Assembly (NCBI GenBank): GCA_002269645.1
Contig: NIVC01001763.1
Span: 1-64,000, forward strand
Length of the DNA: 64,000 bases
Origin: Macrostomum lignano
Lineage: Eukaryota
Direction: 5' to 3'
Notes under the pieces: generated by a model
What the model was told of the DNA's origin: nothing
The model's database searches: none
Seen by the model: the letters and a program-made list of their open reading frames with translations, nothing else
Shown here: positions 35,801-47,962 of the stretch, in pieces
Numbering within the stretch: position 1 is the first letter of the stretch
How the letters are laid out: the number at the start of each line of letters is the position of its first letter
Program-made: the position numbers and the translations under genes

Positions 35801-38800
35801 GCCTCCGGCTGACGGCTGCGACCTCAGCGTCGAAGTTGTCGACGGCTTCGGCCGGGCTGAGCTGGTGCAGCAGCGACAGCGGCGGGGGTTCGCTGCCGCC
35901 GCGCACGCTTGGAGGCGACGCGGCTGAAGCCACGGCCGCGGAAACCTGCGGTGCGGGGAGTTTAGCAGAGGTACAAAAAATAATAATCCTACACTAAAAT
36001 GCTACTTGTAGTAGCAAACGCACCGGTGACGCAGACGAGTGGCCATTGTACCGCCTATTGGCGCCGCGCCCGACGCGGCTTTTGAAGTCTCCGTGCTCTG
36101 CCAGATCGTCGAAGGAATGTTGATCGACTGCGTAATGACCTGGCAAGGTGGAATCGAACCAAGGCTCTCGAATAAGATGGAGAAACAAGTTGATTAAAAT
36201 TCAATAAGAATCCCAAATCCCCAACCATGGCTCACAAATCCCAGATTAAATAAAAATCCCAAATCCACCCCGAATCCCAGATTCAATAAAAATCCCAAAT
36301 CCACCCCAAATCCCAGATTCAATACGACTCTCAAATCCCTAACTCCCCGATTCAATACGACTCCAAAATCCCCAAAATCTCAGATTCAATACGACTCTCA
36401 AATCCCAAAATCCCTGATTCGATACGACTCAAAAATCCCCAAAATCCCAGATCCCTAACTGCCCGAACAGCACAGATCCCCAGTGCAGATGCTCACCGCC
36501 ATTAGCAGCCGCAGCTTCTCCCCGCTCTGTGGGGCTGCAGCCCAGCAGGACGCTCTGGTTAAAATAGTCGCTGGTCTCCTGCTGGTATCGCCGAATGCGG
36601 TCGCTGACCCCGGCCAGACGCTCGTGAGTGCTGCGAACGAGGGGGTCAATGCCCTCCTCATAGCCGTCAGAGTCCGGAGCGACCTGCGCAAATGGAGCAG
36701 GATCAGCCACCCGATGGCGGTACGGCGGCTGCCGCTGCTGCTGACGTGGCCGCGGCTGCGGGGGCGGCAGCGGCGGCTGCTGCTGCTGCTGCTCTTCAAT
36801 GGAGGCGCGAGACAGCCGCTGGCGAACGTCATCTAACAGACGGAGCTCCTCGGAAGTCAGGGTCGACGGCAGAACTCGGTGCTGACCAACGGCGGAAGTG
36901 GAAGCGGCGCCTTGGCGGGAGGACAGCATCTCGGCTGGCAGGTAAGACCGGACACTGTTGTCCGGGCGCAGGTTCAGCGCCATGTGGATCGGGTTGTCCA
37001 GAGTCAGGCGGGACGGCTGCGGGTAAAGCAGTAGGCCCTTTGGGTCAGAGTGGGTGTGCAGTAGGCTCTTTGGGTCAGAGTGGGTGTGCAGTAGGCCCTT
37101 TGGGTCAGAGTGGGTGTGCAGTAGGCCCTTTGGGTCAGAGTGGGTGTGCAGTAGGCCCTTTGTGTCAGAGTGGGTGTGCAGTAGGCCCTTTGGGTCAGAG
37201 TGGGTGTGCAGTAGGCCCTTTGGGTCAGAGTGGGTGTGCAGTAGGCTCTTTGGGTCAGAGTGGGTGTGCAGTAGGCCCTTTGTGTCAGAGTGGGTGTGCA
37301 GTAGGCCCTTTGGGTCAGAGTGGGTGTGCAGTAGGCCCTTTGGGTCAGAGTGGGTGTGCAGTAGGCCCTTTGGGTCAGAGTGGGTGTGCAGTAGGCCCTT
37401 TGGGTCAGAGTGGGTGTGCAGTAGGCCCTTTGGGTCAGAGTGGGTGTGCAGTAGGCCCTTTGGGTCAGAGTGGGTGTGCAGTAGGCCCTTTGGGTCAGAG
37501 TGGGTGTGCAGTAGGCCCTTTGGGTCAGAGTGGGTGTGCAGTAGGCCCTTTGGGTCAGAGTGGGTGTGCAGTAGGCCCTTTGGGTCAGAGTGGGTGTGCA
37601 GTAGGCCCTTTGTGTCAGAGTGGGTGTGCAGTAGGCCCTTTGGGTCAGAGTGGGTGTGCAGTAGGCCCTTTGGGTCAGAGTGGGTGTGCAGTAGGCTCTT
37701 TGGGTCAGAGTGGGTGTGCAGTAGGCCCTTTTGGTCAGAGTGGCTGTGCAGTAGGCTCTTTGGGTCAGAGTGGGTGTGCAGTAGGCCCTATGGGTCAGAG
37801 TGGGTGTGCAGTAGGCTCTTTGGGTCAGAGTGGGTGTGCAGTAGGCTCTTTGAGTCAGAGTGGGTGTGCAGTAGGCCCTTTGGGTAAGAGTGGGTGTGCA
37901 GTAGGCCCTTTGGGTCAGAGTGGGTGTGCAGTAGGCCCTTTGGGTCAGAGTGGGTGTGCAGTAGGCTCTTTGGGTCAGAGTGGGTGTGCAGTAGGCCCTT
38001 TGGGTCAGAGTGGGTGTGCAGTAGGCCCTTTGGGTCAGAGTGGGTGTGCAGTAGGCCCTATGGGTCAGAGTGGGTGTGCAGTAGGCTCTTTGGGTCAGAG
38101 TGGGTGTGCAGTAGGCCCTTTGGGTCAGAGTGGGTGTGCAGTAGGCCCTTTGGGTCAGAGTGGGTGTGCAGTAGGCCCTATGGGTCAGAGTGGGTGTGCA
38201 GTAGGCTCTTTGGGTCAGAATGGGTGTGCAGTAGGCCCTTTGGGTCAGAGTGGGTGTGCAGTAGGCCCTATGGGTCAGAGTGGGTGTGCAGTAGGCTCTT
38301 TGGGTCAGAGTGGGTGTGCAGTAGGCCCTTTGGGTCAGAGTGGGTGTGCAGTAGGCCCTTTGGGTCAGAGTGGGTGTGCAGTAGGCCCTTTGGGTCAGAG
38401 TGGGTGTGCAGTAGGCTCTTTGGGTCAGAGTGGGTGTGCAGTAGGCTCTTTGGGTCAGAGTGGGTGTGCAGTAGGCTCTTTGAGTCAGAATGGGTGTGCA
38501 GTAGGCTCTTTGGGTCAGAGTGGGTGTGCAGTAGGCTCTTTGGGTCAGAGTGGGTGTGCAGTAGGCCCTTTGGGTCAGAGTGGGTGTGCAGTAGGCCCTT
38601 TGGGTCAGAGTGGGTGTGCAGTAGGCCCTTTGGGTCAGAGTGGGTGTGCAGTAGGCCCTATGGGTCAGAGTGGGTGTGCAGTAGGCTCTTTGGGTCAGAG
38701 TGGGTGTGCAGTAGGCCCTTTGGGTCAGAGTGGGTGTGCAGTAGGCTCTTTGGGTCAGAGTGGGTGTGCAGTAGGCTCTTTGGGTCAGAGTGGGTGTGCA

Positions 38801-40158
38801 GTAGGCTCTTTGAGTCAGTGGGTGTGCAGTAGGCTCTTTGGGTCAGAGTGGGTGTGCAGTAGGCTCTTTGGGTCAGAGTGGGTGTGCAGTAGGCTCTTGG
38901 ATTTGTATGGGCGTGCAGCAGACGTGTTGACGCGCAATGGGTAGTCAGTGCCGATCCCCAAACTTCTCACCCTGTCTTCGCCAGCCGCGGAGTCTCCCGC
39001 AGGCAGCCCCTGCTGCCGTCGGGCCAGCCGCTGGTCCAGCTGGCGCTTCTCCTCGGCCAGCTCGCGACGAAGATTTGACTGCGGTCAGGGAGGGGGCAAT
39101 GCCTCAAGTACATAAGTGCGACACCCGGGAAAGTGATGGAAAACCAGATAATTCACGCCTCCCTCATCAGTGGACGCACCTGCAGCTGATCTAGTTCGCG
39201 TCTGTGATTGTCCAACTGGCGATCGGCCTCATCACGGCTGTGTGACTGGCTGTCACGCTGGTCCTGCGGGTATCAGGATCATGCAGATATATTCTAGAGT
39301 GTCAGGATTGGGTCATGCAGATAGATTCCCGGCTGTCAGGTTTGGGTCATGCAGATCGATTCTAGAGTGTCAGGATTGGGTCATGCAGATAGATTCCCGG
39401 GTGTCAGGTTTGGGTCATGCAGATCGATTCTAGAGTGTCAGGATTGGGTCTTGCAGATAGATTACTGGGTGTCAGGATTGGGTCATGCAGATCGATTCCA
39501 GGGTGTCAGGATTGGGTCATGCAGATCGATTCCAGGGTGTCAGGTTTGGGTCATGCAGATAGATTCTAGGGTGTCAGGTTTGGGTCATGCAGGTAGATTT
39601 CAGGGTGTCAGGTTTGGGTCATGCAGGTAGATTATAGGGTGTCAGGTTTAGGTCATGCATATGTTCCAGGGTGTTAGATTCGGGTCATGCACAGTCCATC
39701 AAATAGCCATAAGCCAAAAGCCAACTCACTCTATCAGACGAGTCAGTCTGCTGCCGAAGACTCTCTGACAATTGCTGCAACAGAGCAGCTCCATTCTCGT
39801 CTTCATCATCCTCTTGATCTCCATCTTCGTTGCCGTGGTCATCCTCCTGCTCGGCTTGATGAGGCTCCTCATCACAAACTCCCCGGTTCACTTCAGCATC
39901 TTCATCTGCTTGCTGAGCAGCATCGGCTCCATTCTGAGGAGGAGGCTGGGACTCCTCAAGATGGTCTTCTGCATCATCCTCTACATCAGAGGCGATAGGG
40001 GAAGGTGCTTCAACTACTGGCATTGGCGGAGGCACTTGGCCAGTTTGGCCTTCATTTGCTGCCTCATCTGGCGCAGCAGCCTCCTCTGAGCTTGGGGCAG
40101 CAACTTCTGTTTCTGCATCAACCAAATCTGAATTACTGTTGGCTGCCTCATCCTCCAT
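32836..40158 (-). CDS. MPHOSPH9: MPHOSPH9-like coiled-coil centriolar protein; 8 exons, 747 aa
   Basis: Exons (minus) 40158-39730, 39263-39180, 39078-38971, 37016-36497, 36139-36024, 35945-35428, 33959-33587, 32931-32836. All introns are GT-AG with consistent phases; total 2244 nt. The C-terminus LQLEKRRVETALNHVP...REDK|ERLEKRLDSIDRELGSLRITLRQYHVIRSTC matches the recalled MPHOSPH9 end (EAALSRMP...EALEDRLEKINRELGSVRMTLKKFHVL). Orthology rests on this end only; further 5' exons are possible. Confidence 0.8.
33045..33232. repeat. Intronic 36-bp minisatellite, ~5 copies
   Basis: Unit CTATCTGACACCCCGGAATCTATGCCTGACACCAAG. Confidence 0.93.
33975..35397. repeat. Intronic 30-bp minisatellite, ~47 copies
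   Basis: Unit AGATCTGTCAGTGGATTAAGAGGGGATCTC. A ~300-bp block of variants is itself duplicated (~34020-34320 and ~34320-34620). Confidence 0.96.
36205..36455. repeat. Intronic degenerate tandem repeat
   Basis: Recurrent AAATCCCAGATTCAATA / CGACTCTCAAATCCC words. Confidence 0.8.
37020..38897. repeat. Intronic 30-bp minisatellite, ~62 copies
   Basis: Unit TGGGTCAGAGTGGGTGTGCAGTAGGCCCTT, starting within a few bases of the acceptor at 37017-37019. Confidence 0.97.
39272..39665. repeat. Intronic 34-bp minisatellite, ~11 copies
   Basis: Unit GTCAGGATTGGGTCATGCAGATAGATTCTAGGGT. Confidence 0.94.
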
Positions 40159-40552
40159 AATGGGATCTTGCTGGAATTGGTTTCAGATTATTAGAAATAC
40201 AGTAGCTAATAGGTATGGCATAATAGCATTGGCTGCAAATGGCAATGCTTCTATTTCTAAAAGTGAATTAGAAATTAAGCATATTTGTATAGGTCCCAGG
40301 GGCAAACTCTGGCCTACTGGGCCACATGCAGCCTACCAAGCCTCTATCTGGCCCTTAGGTCCTTTGAAACTTCACAATAGCAATCTGGCCCACTTTAAGG
40401 TTTGTCCTTTCCTTTTAGCCTATAGCTTTTTATTAGTTTTTTATCTAGCAAATTAAAGTAAAATAATTGGACTTTATAGGCTAGTATTATAAGTAGCTAA
40501 ATAGTGACAATTATTTTACCAATGCTAACTAATTAACTAAGCATACATGTGC

Positions 40553-41184
40553 AACCTTGGGAATCACCCAGCCATTTCTATTGGCAACACATATATATAA
40601 GTTGCTATTGGCTGAGAGCAGTCACATGACTACTATTCTATCCAATAGCAACTTATATATGTTGCCAATAGACCAGGATGGAATTCTTGCATGAAAATTG
40701 CAAAGCGCTTTTGCGTTCGGGAAAAAATTGTGAAAAATTGATCAATGCAAAAAAAAATTGCACACCTGTATAGGCTGCAAAAAATGCGAAAAAATTGCAA
40801 ATTCTTTTGCGACTGTTTGCATAGTTTAAATTACTGACTTTACTGTATTAAATGTAGACGAATTACTACAAAAATGTAACATTTATAGTTTGTTTTTATG
40901 AACTGTTCAAATTTAATTTTTTTTACTTCAAAAAACAAAGATAATCAGTCTAATATATATTGTAATGAGTCGTCAAAAAATGAAAGTATGAGACTATCCC
41001 GAAACATTTTTTTGACAATTGGTAATGCCAAAAATTGCGCCACTAAATTTTGTTTAAGATTGTAAAAATTGCATTTGGTTCAATATGGAATTGCGCACCA
41101 AAAAAGTCACAATTTTCCGTTTTATATGCCAGATGCAAGAATTCCATGCTGGCCAATAGAAATGGCCAAGTGAATCCCAAGGTT
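40553..41184. mobile_element. Small palindromic MITE (~145 bp when empty) interrupted by a younger insertion
   Basis: The left arm AACCTTGGGAATCACCCAGCCATTTCTATTGGCAACACATATATATAAGTTGCTATTGG pairs with the right arm once 40673-41160 is removed (CCAATAGCAACTTATATATGTTGCCAATAGA/AATGGCCAAGTGAATCCCAAGGTT). Confidence 0.75.
40673..41152. mobile_element. Non-autonomous TIR element (480 bp, hAT-like) with a perfect 8-bp TSD
   Basis: TIRs CCAGGATGGAATTCTTGCAT / ATGCAAGAATTCCATGCTGG. CCAATAGA occurs at 40665-40672 and 41153-41160. Confidence 0.85.
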
Positions 41185-41731
41185 AGGCCCAAGCATATAA
41201 CTAAGTAAGCACTAAAAACAATTATTATAATATTATTATATTTATTATTACATAAAATATATATATTGTTGTTTCTAGCCACTTCTGCATTTCAGTAATG
41301 GCCACTTTGGTAATAAGTAATTACTATTTTAATAAATCACTTTGGTAATAAGCCCAATAGTCAATACTAAAATAGCCACATTGTCAACTTCAGTTAAAAT
41401 GATTATTCCAATTGTCATAATTTAAAAATTAAAAATAATAGATAAACAATGATTAGTGGCTTATACTCTAAATCAGATGCAATAATAGAATAAAATACAA
41501 GATTTTACAGTTTAAAGTTGCTATATACAATACAATATATCAATGCATACAAACAATAACTATTAGGCCAAGTTTCGAACCTTCATATATATTGAAGCCA
41601 GTTAAGTTCATTTAGAACTAGCACGTTTAATTAATGAAAATCTGAGTCAAACGAAGCTCTGAAGTCAGCATAGATTAGATCGTGACTAACCTATATAACT
41701 AAACCTGAAAAGTTTCTATCTATGTACGTTA

Positions 41732-42065
41732 TCTATAAATCTATACACTAATTTTGCACTGTTTGTCTGTGTGTCTGTCTGCCTGTCTGTCTGTCGTTAA
41801 TTTTTTCGAGTACCGTCTGGCCGATTTTTTCATTTAGCAAATTATAAAATTGTGGACAGTTATTTTGAAAATGTGGTAAAGCTGAAATTTCTGGAAATTT
41901 CGAGATATGTGTCAAATGTATTGTTTAAACGCCTTTATTTTAAAAATAAAATATATATTTAAACTAGCTGTCGAGAGTTTTCAATTCTAGCAAAATGGTT
42001 TGCTTAAGTGCTTGTATTTTTTGTTTTATTTGATGAGCCCTTACTTTTAACACCCGGCGCAGCCT
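41732..42065 (+). mobile_element. Helitron-like non-autonomous fragment
   Basis: TCTATAAATCTATACACTAAT, a GTTTGTCTGT/GTCT tract and GGCCGATTTTT, the layout recalled for invertebrate Helitron 5' ends. ACACCCGGC is also seen at ~46793, ahead of a candidate Helitron 3' end GCACGGGGTACTAG-T at ~46859-46873. Confidence 0.35.
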
Positions 42066-43401
42066 TCCTTTTAAATTTTGCATATTCGACTGTACTTCTA
42101 TGTTTCTTTACCTTGCTTTACAATTTCATGACTGGTCTTTATCTGATCGCTCGAATCTTAATGAGTTAAATTTTAATGTAGATAGCAGCATCTCATTTGA
42201 ATAGCTCAAATTTACCAACAGTCTATATACTATTGATATATCATTAATTAGGATCCAGCATCTTAATCAATGGTAACAAGTATTCCAAACCGTACAATGC
42301 CTAAGTATACATGAATCTTGCGATGGCCGATGAAAGCTGAAGGCCTTTTTAAAGCCTATTCTATAAATAAAATCATCGAAATCGAAAACTACAGATTAAT
42401 CAATTTTATACGCACGCACGCACGCACAAACATATATATAATATAGTAAATAGAATTTCACGGATATCTCTACAATCTGTATTTTTGTGCCGAGCATGCG
42501 TTTGTCAAAAAATTCAGTTGTATTAATAACTAATTTCAACATAGATGATATTTGAAAAAAAAGTTAAAATGATTACATTTAGCGACATCGAAAAGCTAAT
42601 AAGCAGTGTCGCAATACAAACAGCAGCTGTGCTGACGCGAGGCGCAAAACATTGAATAGAAAAGGAATATGAAATTTACATGTATATCGGTACGGGGAGA
42701 TTTTGTACACAAAGTGTGCAAGCCATGTAGCATAGCGCAGGTTGATAGGTTTTTTATTTCAAGTGAAAATCTTGCATTTATTGTACTACGCAGATCAGTT
42801 TACCAAGCGGACAACACAGACATCGGCTTACGCCGGTTGTTCAAATAAAAATCTTAATTGCGCTCAGCTGTTTAACGAGATTACGACGGATATTCTAATA
42901 AAATATGTTTATAATAGCCATTATCGTACTGCTTTAAAATATAAAAGCAATTGGACGATTTCTGCCAAGCTGGAATAATAATTTCTGAGAAAATACATTG
43001 CGACTTTATCCTGACTAGATGAATTAGAAACTTATTCAACTTAAAATTGCGAGTTAATTAAACAAAACACAAAGTATTACTACTAAGTAGCAATGAAAGC
43101 GAAGTATGCACAGTAATAAACGTATATAACGCTTCGTTGACACGCGGATAAGCCTATTTGAAAACAAACAACATGGTCAATAAAATATGCAAACATTAAT
43201 TAGTAAAGCAAAAATACTCGGCAATGTGGAATACAGAACACTTTCTAGGGGAGACAAGAGCAAAGCGGCAAAAGGGGCTGATGGAAAAATTGTCAATTGA
43301 AATTAATAATGATAATTGATCTCTCACGCTCAGACAAAGTTTAATTATGTCCCAATACTCAGAATGTACGTAGCCATGCCCAAAAGTCACACATGATTCC
43401 C

Positions 43402-43958
43402 CCATGCCTCAATGTACACACGCGATTCCTTAATGTACACACGCGATTCCTTAATGTACACACGCGATTCCTCAATGTACACACGCGATTCCTCAATGTA
43501 AACACGCGATTCCTCAATGTAAACACGCGATTCCTCAATGTAAACACGCGATTCCTCAATGTACATACGCGATTCCTCAATGTACACACGCGATTCCTCA
43601 ATGTACACACGCGATTCCTCCATGTACACACGCGATTCCTCCATGTACACACGCGATTCCCAACGCTCCAATGTACACACGCGATTCCTCAATGTACACA
43701 CGCGATTCCTCAATGTACACACGCGATTCCTCAATGTACACACGCGATTCCTCAATGTACACACGCGATTCCTCAATGTACACACGCGATTCCTCAATGT
43801 ACACACGCGATTCCTCCATGTACACACGCGATTCCCAACGCTCCAATGTACACACGCGATTCCTCAATGTACACACGCGATTCCTCAATGTACACACGCG
43901 ATTCCCAACGCTCCAATGTACACACGCGATTCCTCAATGTACACACGCGATTCCTCAC
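43402..43958. repeat. 21-bp minisatellite, ~26 copies
   Basis: Unit CAATGTACACACGCGATTCCT; the CpGs are intact in nearly all copies. Confidence 0.95.
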
Positions 43959-44674
43959 GCCCTAGAGTACACACAGTACTCACCCACCCTAAAAGCCCTT
44001 CACCTTTAAAACTTACTTTTTATATACAAATCACTCCACATGTTGCTAGTGAAGGGTGCCAAAGAACACAAATCTGGCTACATTGAATTACGCTTTGTCC
44101 AGATGCAATAGACAGATGGTAGTTAAATCTGCACAATAAAACTCACAAGATACATGCACAAAATGTGGCGGCAAGTGTGCAATGGCTGAGTGAAGCGATA
44201 AAAACTGTGAAGCTGCATAAGAATTGTTAGTACATATCAAAAACATTGCGCAAATTTGTGATGATAATTATTCGACATCAGGCCAGTGTGACTATCTTAA
44301 AACGAAATCAATTTTCAAACACAAAAAAAATCGTTGCAAACAAAACAGAAGCACGCCGGGAAGGGTCAGAACACGTGAAATAATTCAATACAGGCTCGTA
44401 AACACGAATTATGCAGCTAAAACTGATAGGACGCTGTTTGTTGCAGTAAAATTTTAACTTGATTGAACAGACGGGACCGACCAACACGCTCAAAAACAGA
44501 TTTCCCGTTGAAAAAAACTCCGTTGTGAAAAATTTCAAGTATAAAAACTTGCATGCCCGACGAAGAGGCTGTTCAGTGGAGACCGCGGTGACCAAAAGTC
44601 CCGGGTTCGATTCAAGGGCTCAAGTGTCTGATCTGTATGTTTGTCTCGACACAATACCAGGAAACACGAGTTCA

Positions 44675-47315
44675 TCAGGCTGGCGCCGAGTCCCTGTAGA
44701 GGCTGATGGCCGCGGACTCCCCGATGCCGCCGGTGCCGCTGACGGCGCCCGCCACTCCGCCGCCGATGCCGCCAGTGGAGGCGGAGCGCAGCGCCCGCTG
44801 CTGCTGTTCGCGCTCGTCCTCCAACAGGTCGGCCTCCCATTCCCTGTCGGCGTCAGCTGGATCGAACTGGTACAGCGGCATCAGGCGGTGGCGCAGCTTA
44901 TCAAGGCGGAGCTTCCGCATGCACAGCACCACCTGAATTGGTGAGGCATGGGTTGGCTGGCCTCAGTACTCAGATTTTTACTGCCTACCTGAGGATCTGG
45001 GAAATTTGAAGTGTCTACCTGAGGATTTGGGAGATTTGAAGTGTCTACCTGAGGATCTGGGAGATTGAAGTGTCTACCTGAGGATCTGGGAGATTTGCAG
45101 TGTCTGCCTGAGGATCTGGGAGAGTTGAAGTGTCCACCTGAGGATCTGGGAAATTTGCAGTGTCCACCTGAGGATCTGGGAGATCTGCAGTGTCTACCTG
45201 AGGATCTGGGAGATTTGAAGTGTCTACCCGAGGATCTGGGAAATTTGAAGTGTCTACCTGAGGATCTGGGAAATTTGCTGTGTCAACCTGAGGATCTGGG
45301 AGATCTGCAGTGTCTACCTGAGGGTCTGGGAGATTTACAGTGTATACCTGAGAATCTGGGAGATCTGCAGTGTCTACCTGAGGATCTGGGAAATTTGCAG
45401 TGTCTACCTGAGGATCTGGAAGATTGAAGTGTCTACCTGAGAATCTGGGAGATTGAAGTGTCTGCCTGAGGATCTGGGAGATTTGAAGTGTCTACCTGAG
45501 GATCTGGGAGATTGAAGTGTCTACCTGAGGATCTGGAAGATTGAAGTGTCTACCTGAGAATCTGGGAGATTGAAGTGTCTGCCTGAGGATCTGGGAGATT
45601 TGAAGTGTCTACCTGAGGATCTGGGAGATTTTAAGTGTCTACCTGAGGATATGGGAGTGTCTATCTGAGGATATGGGAGATTTGAAGTGTCTACCCGAGG
45701 ATATGGGAGTGTCTATCTGAGGATATGGGAGATTTGAAGTGTCTACCCGAGGATATGGGAGTGTCTATCTGAGGATATGGGAGATTTGAAGTGTCTACCT
45801 GAGGATATGGGAGTGTCTATCTGAGGATATGGGAGTGTCTATCTGAGGATATGGGAGATTTGAAGTGTCTACCTGAGGATATGGGAGTGTCTACCTGAGG
45901 ATCTGGGAGATTTGAAGTGTCTACCTGAGGATCTGGGAGATTTGAAGTGTCTACCTGAGGATCTGGGAGATTTGCAGTGTCTACCTGAGGATCTGGGAGA
46001 TTTGCAGTGTCTACCTGAGGATCTGGGAGATTTGAAGTGTCTACCCGAGGATCTGGGAGATTGAAGTGTCTACTTGAGGATCTGGGAGATTTGAAGTGTC
46101 TACCTGAGGATCTGGGAGATTTGAAGTGTCTACCTGAGGATCTGGGAGATTTGAAGTGTCTACCCGAGGATCTGGGAGATTTGAAGTGTCTACCTGAGGA
46201 TCTGGGAGATTTGAAGTGTCTACCCCAGGATCTGGGAGACTTGAAGTGTCTACCCGAGGATCTGGGTGATTTGGAGTCAGTGAGACAGTGACTACCTGGG
46301 ATTTTTTGGTATAAATTTTTTTCATTGTATAAAATATCGAATATATTTATAGAGAACTTTAATTAACGACATTAGCAGTGTACTTTAATAAGAAAGCTCT
46401 CAGACTCCCGAGAATGGCTAAGGAAGCCTAACGATGGGTCCCAGCAATGATATGGCTTCATTCTATCGTGGCCACATCACAGAATTTCAATTTCCCTGTC
46501 TGGGGTAGAGTTGTAGCCCTATTCTGGCAGGTGGTCAACAGCGCCAAAGTCATTCACAATACGATATAATCAAATTAGTTCTACTTTTAATTACAGTTTA
46601 AAAGACAGCTTGAAGCTATAAAAAAATCAACCAATCTCTCCCATATTAAGGATTCTGAATTAAAATTCCTCTTGATTTCGAAATTAGCTTTGGATGTTTA
46701 GATATTGACTTGGCATCACTTAGCTCTATTCAGGCCCCGTAGCAATACTATAAATGCCTTTAACCCTAAACCCTTAACATACATGCGCAACACCCGGCCG
46801 AGCCGGCTGGCAAGGGGCCCAGCCAAGGTAAGTCGCAAAAATGCCCACCCGAAAAGCTGCACGGGGTACTAGTTAGATGACGAGGCATTCAGCCTTAATA
46901 AGACAGTAATAGTTACTCCTGCCGTTTACTCAAAATTACGTTAATTTTGCTTGGATTTCTTTCAGAGATAAGCCGCATTTTTTGGTCAGTGTAAATCAGG
47001 GAGGTGGCGCATGTATCTCTAACCCCCTAACGCCTAACTTTTAGGCAAGCTGCAATTACAAGCACAACAAGGGCCTTGTTATAAGGCGCAGAGCCTCACC
47101 ACAAAGCCAACAAACAGCAGGAACAGCAGGACCAGAAGTGGTATAATGACAAACAGCACAAAGTGCGACAGTCCAGCATGATGCTCTGCACCAGCCTCTG
47201 GCTTCAACGTTTGAACAGCAGGTGTGGTGACAGTGTATGGGATGTGCTGAATAGTCAGGTCGTCACTTTTGTTGACATTTAAGCTGACAATGCTGACCAT
47301 GATGTTTGTTACCAT
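44675..47315 (-). CDS. C3orf18: Single-pass membrane protein of the C3orf18/SMIM29 family; 2 exons, ~157 aa
   Basis: Exons (minus) 47315-47100 and 44932-44675, GTG|gtgagg...attcag|GTG. The TM helix FVLFVIIPLLVLLFLLFVGFVVVLCM is followed by RKLRLDKLRHRLMPLYQFDP..AD.EWEADLLE, versus recalled human C3orf18 [30 protein letters not shown]. The start codon is uncertain. Confidence 0.82.
44985..46272. repeat. Intronic 29-30-bp minisatellite, ~43 copies
   Basis: Unit GAGGATCTGGGAGATTTGAAGTGTCTACCT, with shortened variants. Confidence 0.96.
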
Positions 47316-47962
47316 GCAGCAAAATAGTTACTTTTTAATATATACTTCAGTAAGTAAGCAATTGCTAGCCAGGCTCTTGAAAGAAACAAGATATGACTAA
47401 ACATAAACAAATTAATATCAATTCATACTATTTCAGTTAAAAGAGTTAGTTCTTTCATATTTTGTTTCTATAATAATATTTTGGCTATTCACAAAGGTTA
47501 ATATTTTGAGTCATAAAACATGCCTGGCTAATGGCTCTATTTGCATAGCCATCCATAGCAGAATATTTCAAAGTATAAAATTTAAGTTAAAGAAGTTGAC
47601 TATCTTAAGGGAAAACCAAGCTCCCTCTCTAGTTGTGCCCTTATTTTAGTTCTAGTCTAATTTGTAACAAAAGTTCAATGATTTATAATATATATACCAA
47701 TTTTGGATAAATTAGATAGAAAAATATAAACTTTATTTAAGTTTTTTTAGTTTTTTGCTATAATTATTTTTTTTAGATTTCTGTTTAATATTTAGGTATA
47801 TTAATTTAGGCATGATAAGCAAAGCTTTATAACAAATATAGTGTCTTATCTATAGACTAGAAAAATCTTAATAAAGGAAAGAAAGAATCAACATATAGCA
47901 ACTAACCAATTTAATATTATATTATTCTATTGCCTATGTATTTTGTCTAATTATAGACATTG

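Noticed and set aside
36692-38944. 750-aa ORF of GCAVGPLGQS repeats (and the overlapping CSRPFGSEWV frames)
   Set aside because: It is the translation of a 30-bp intronic minisatellite, antisense to the MPHOSPH9-like gene. A stop-free 30-bp unit gives long frames automatically, and a 2-bp slip near 38820 shows no frame constraint.
44570-44626. tRNA-like segment with GGTTCGATTC
   Set aside because: Only a B-box; the A-box is poor and the T and acceptor stems do not pair convincingly.
45065-46291. ORFs with LPEDLGDLKC repeats that mimic leucine-rich repeats
   Set aside because: Antisense reading of the intronic 29-30-bp array. Frequent 29-bp and shortened units break the frame, and a 10-aa period is not an LRR period.
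47310-47360. Minus-strand ...CTTACTGAAG...TTTTGCTGCATG|GTAAC, loosely like a spliced-leader exon ending in AUG followed by a donor
   Set aside because: The match to my recollection of the SL is partial and gapped, no Sm site or stem-loops were identified, and the ATG is adequately explained as the C3orf18-like start.
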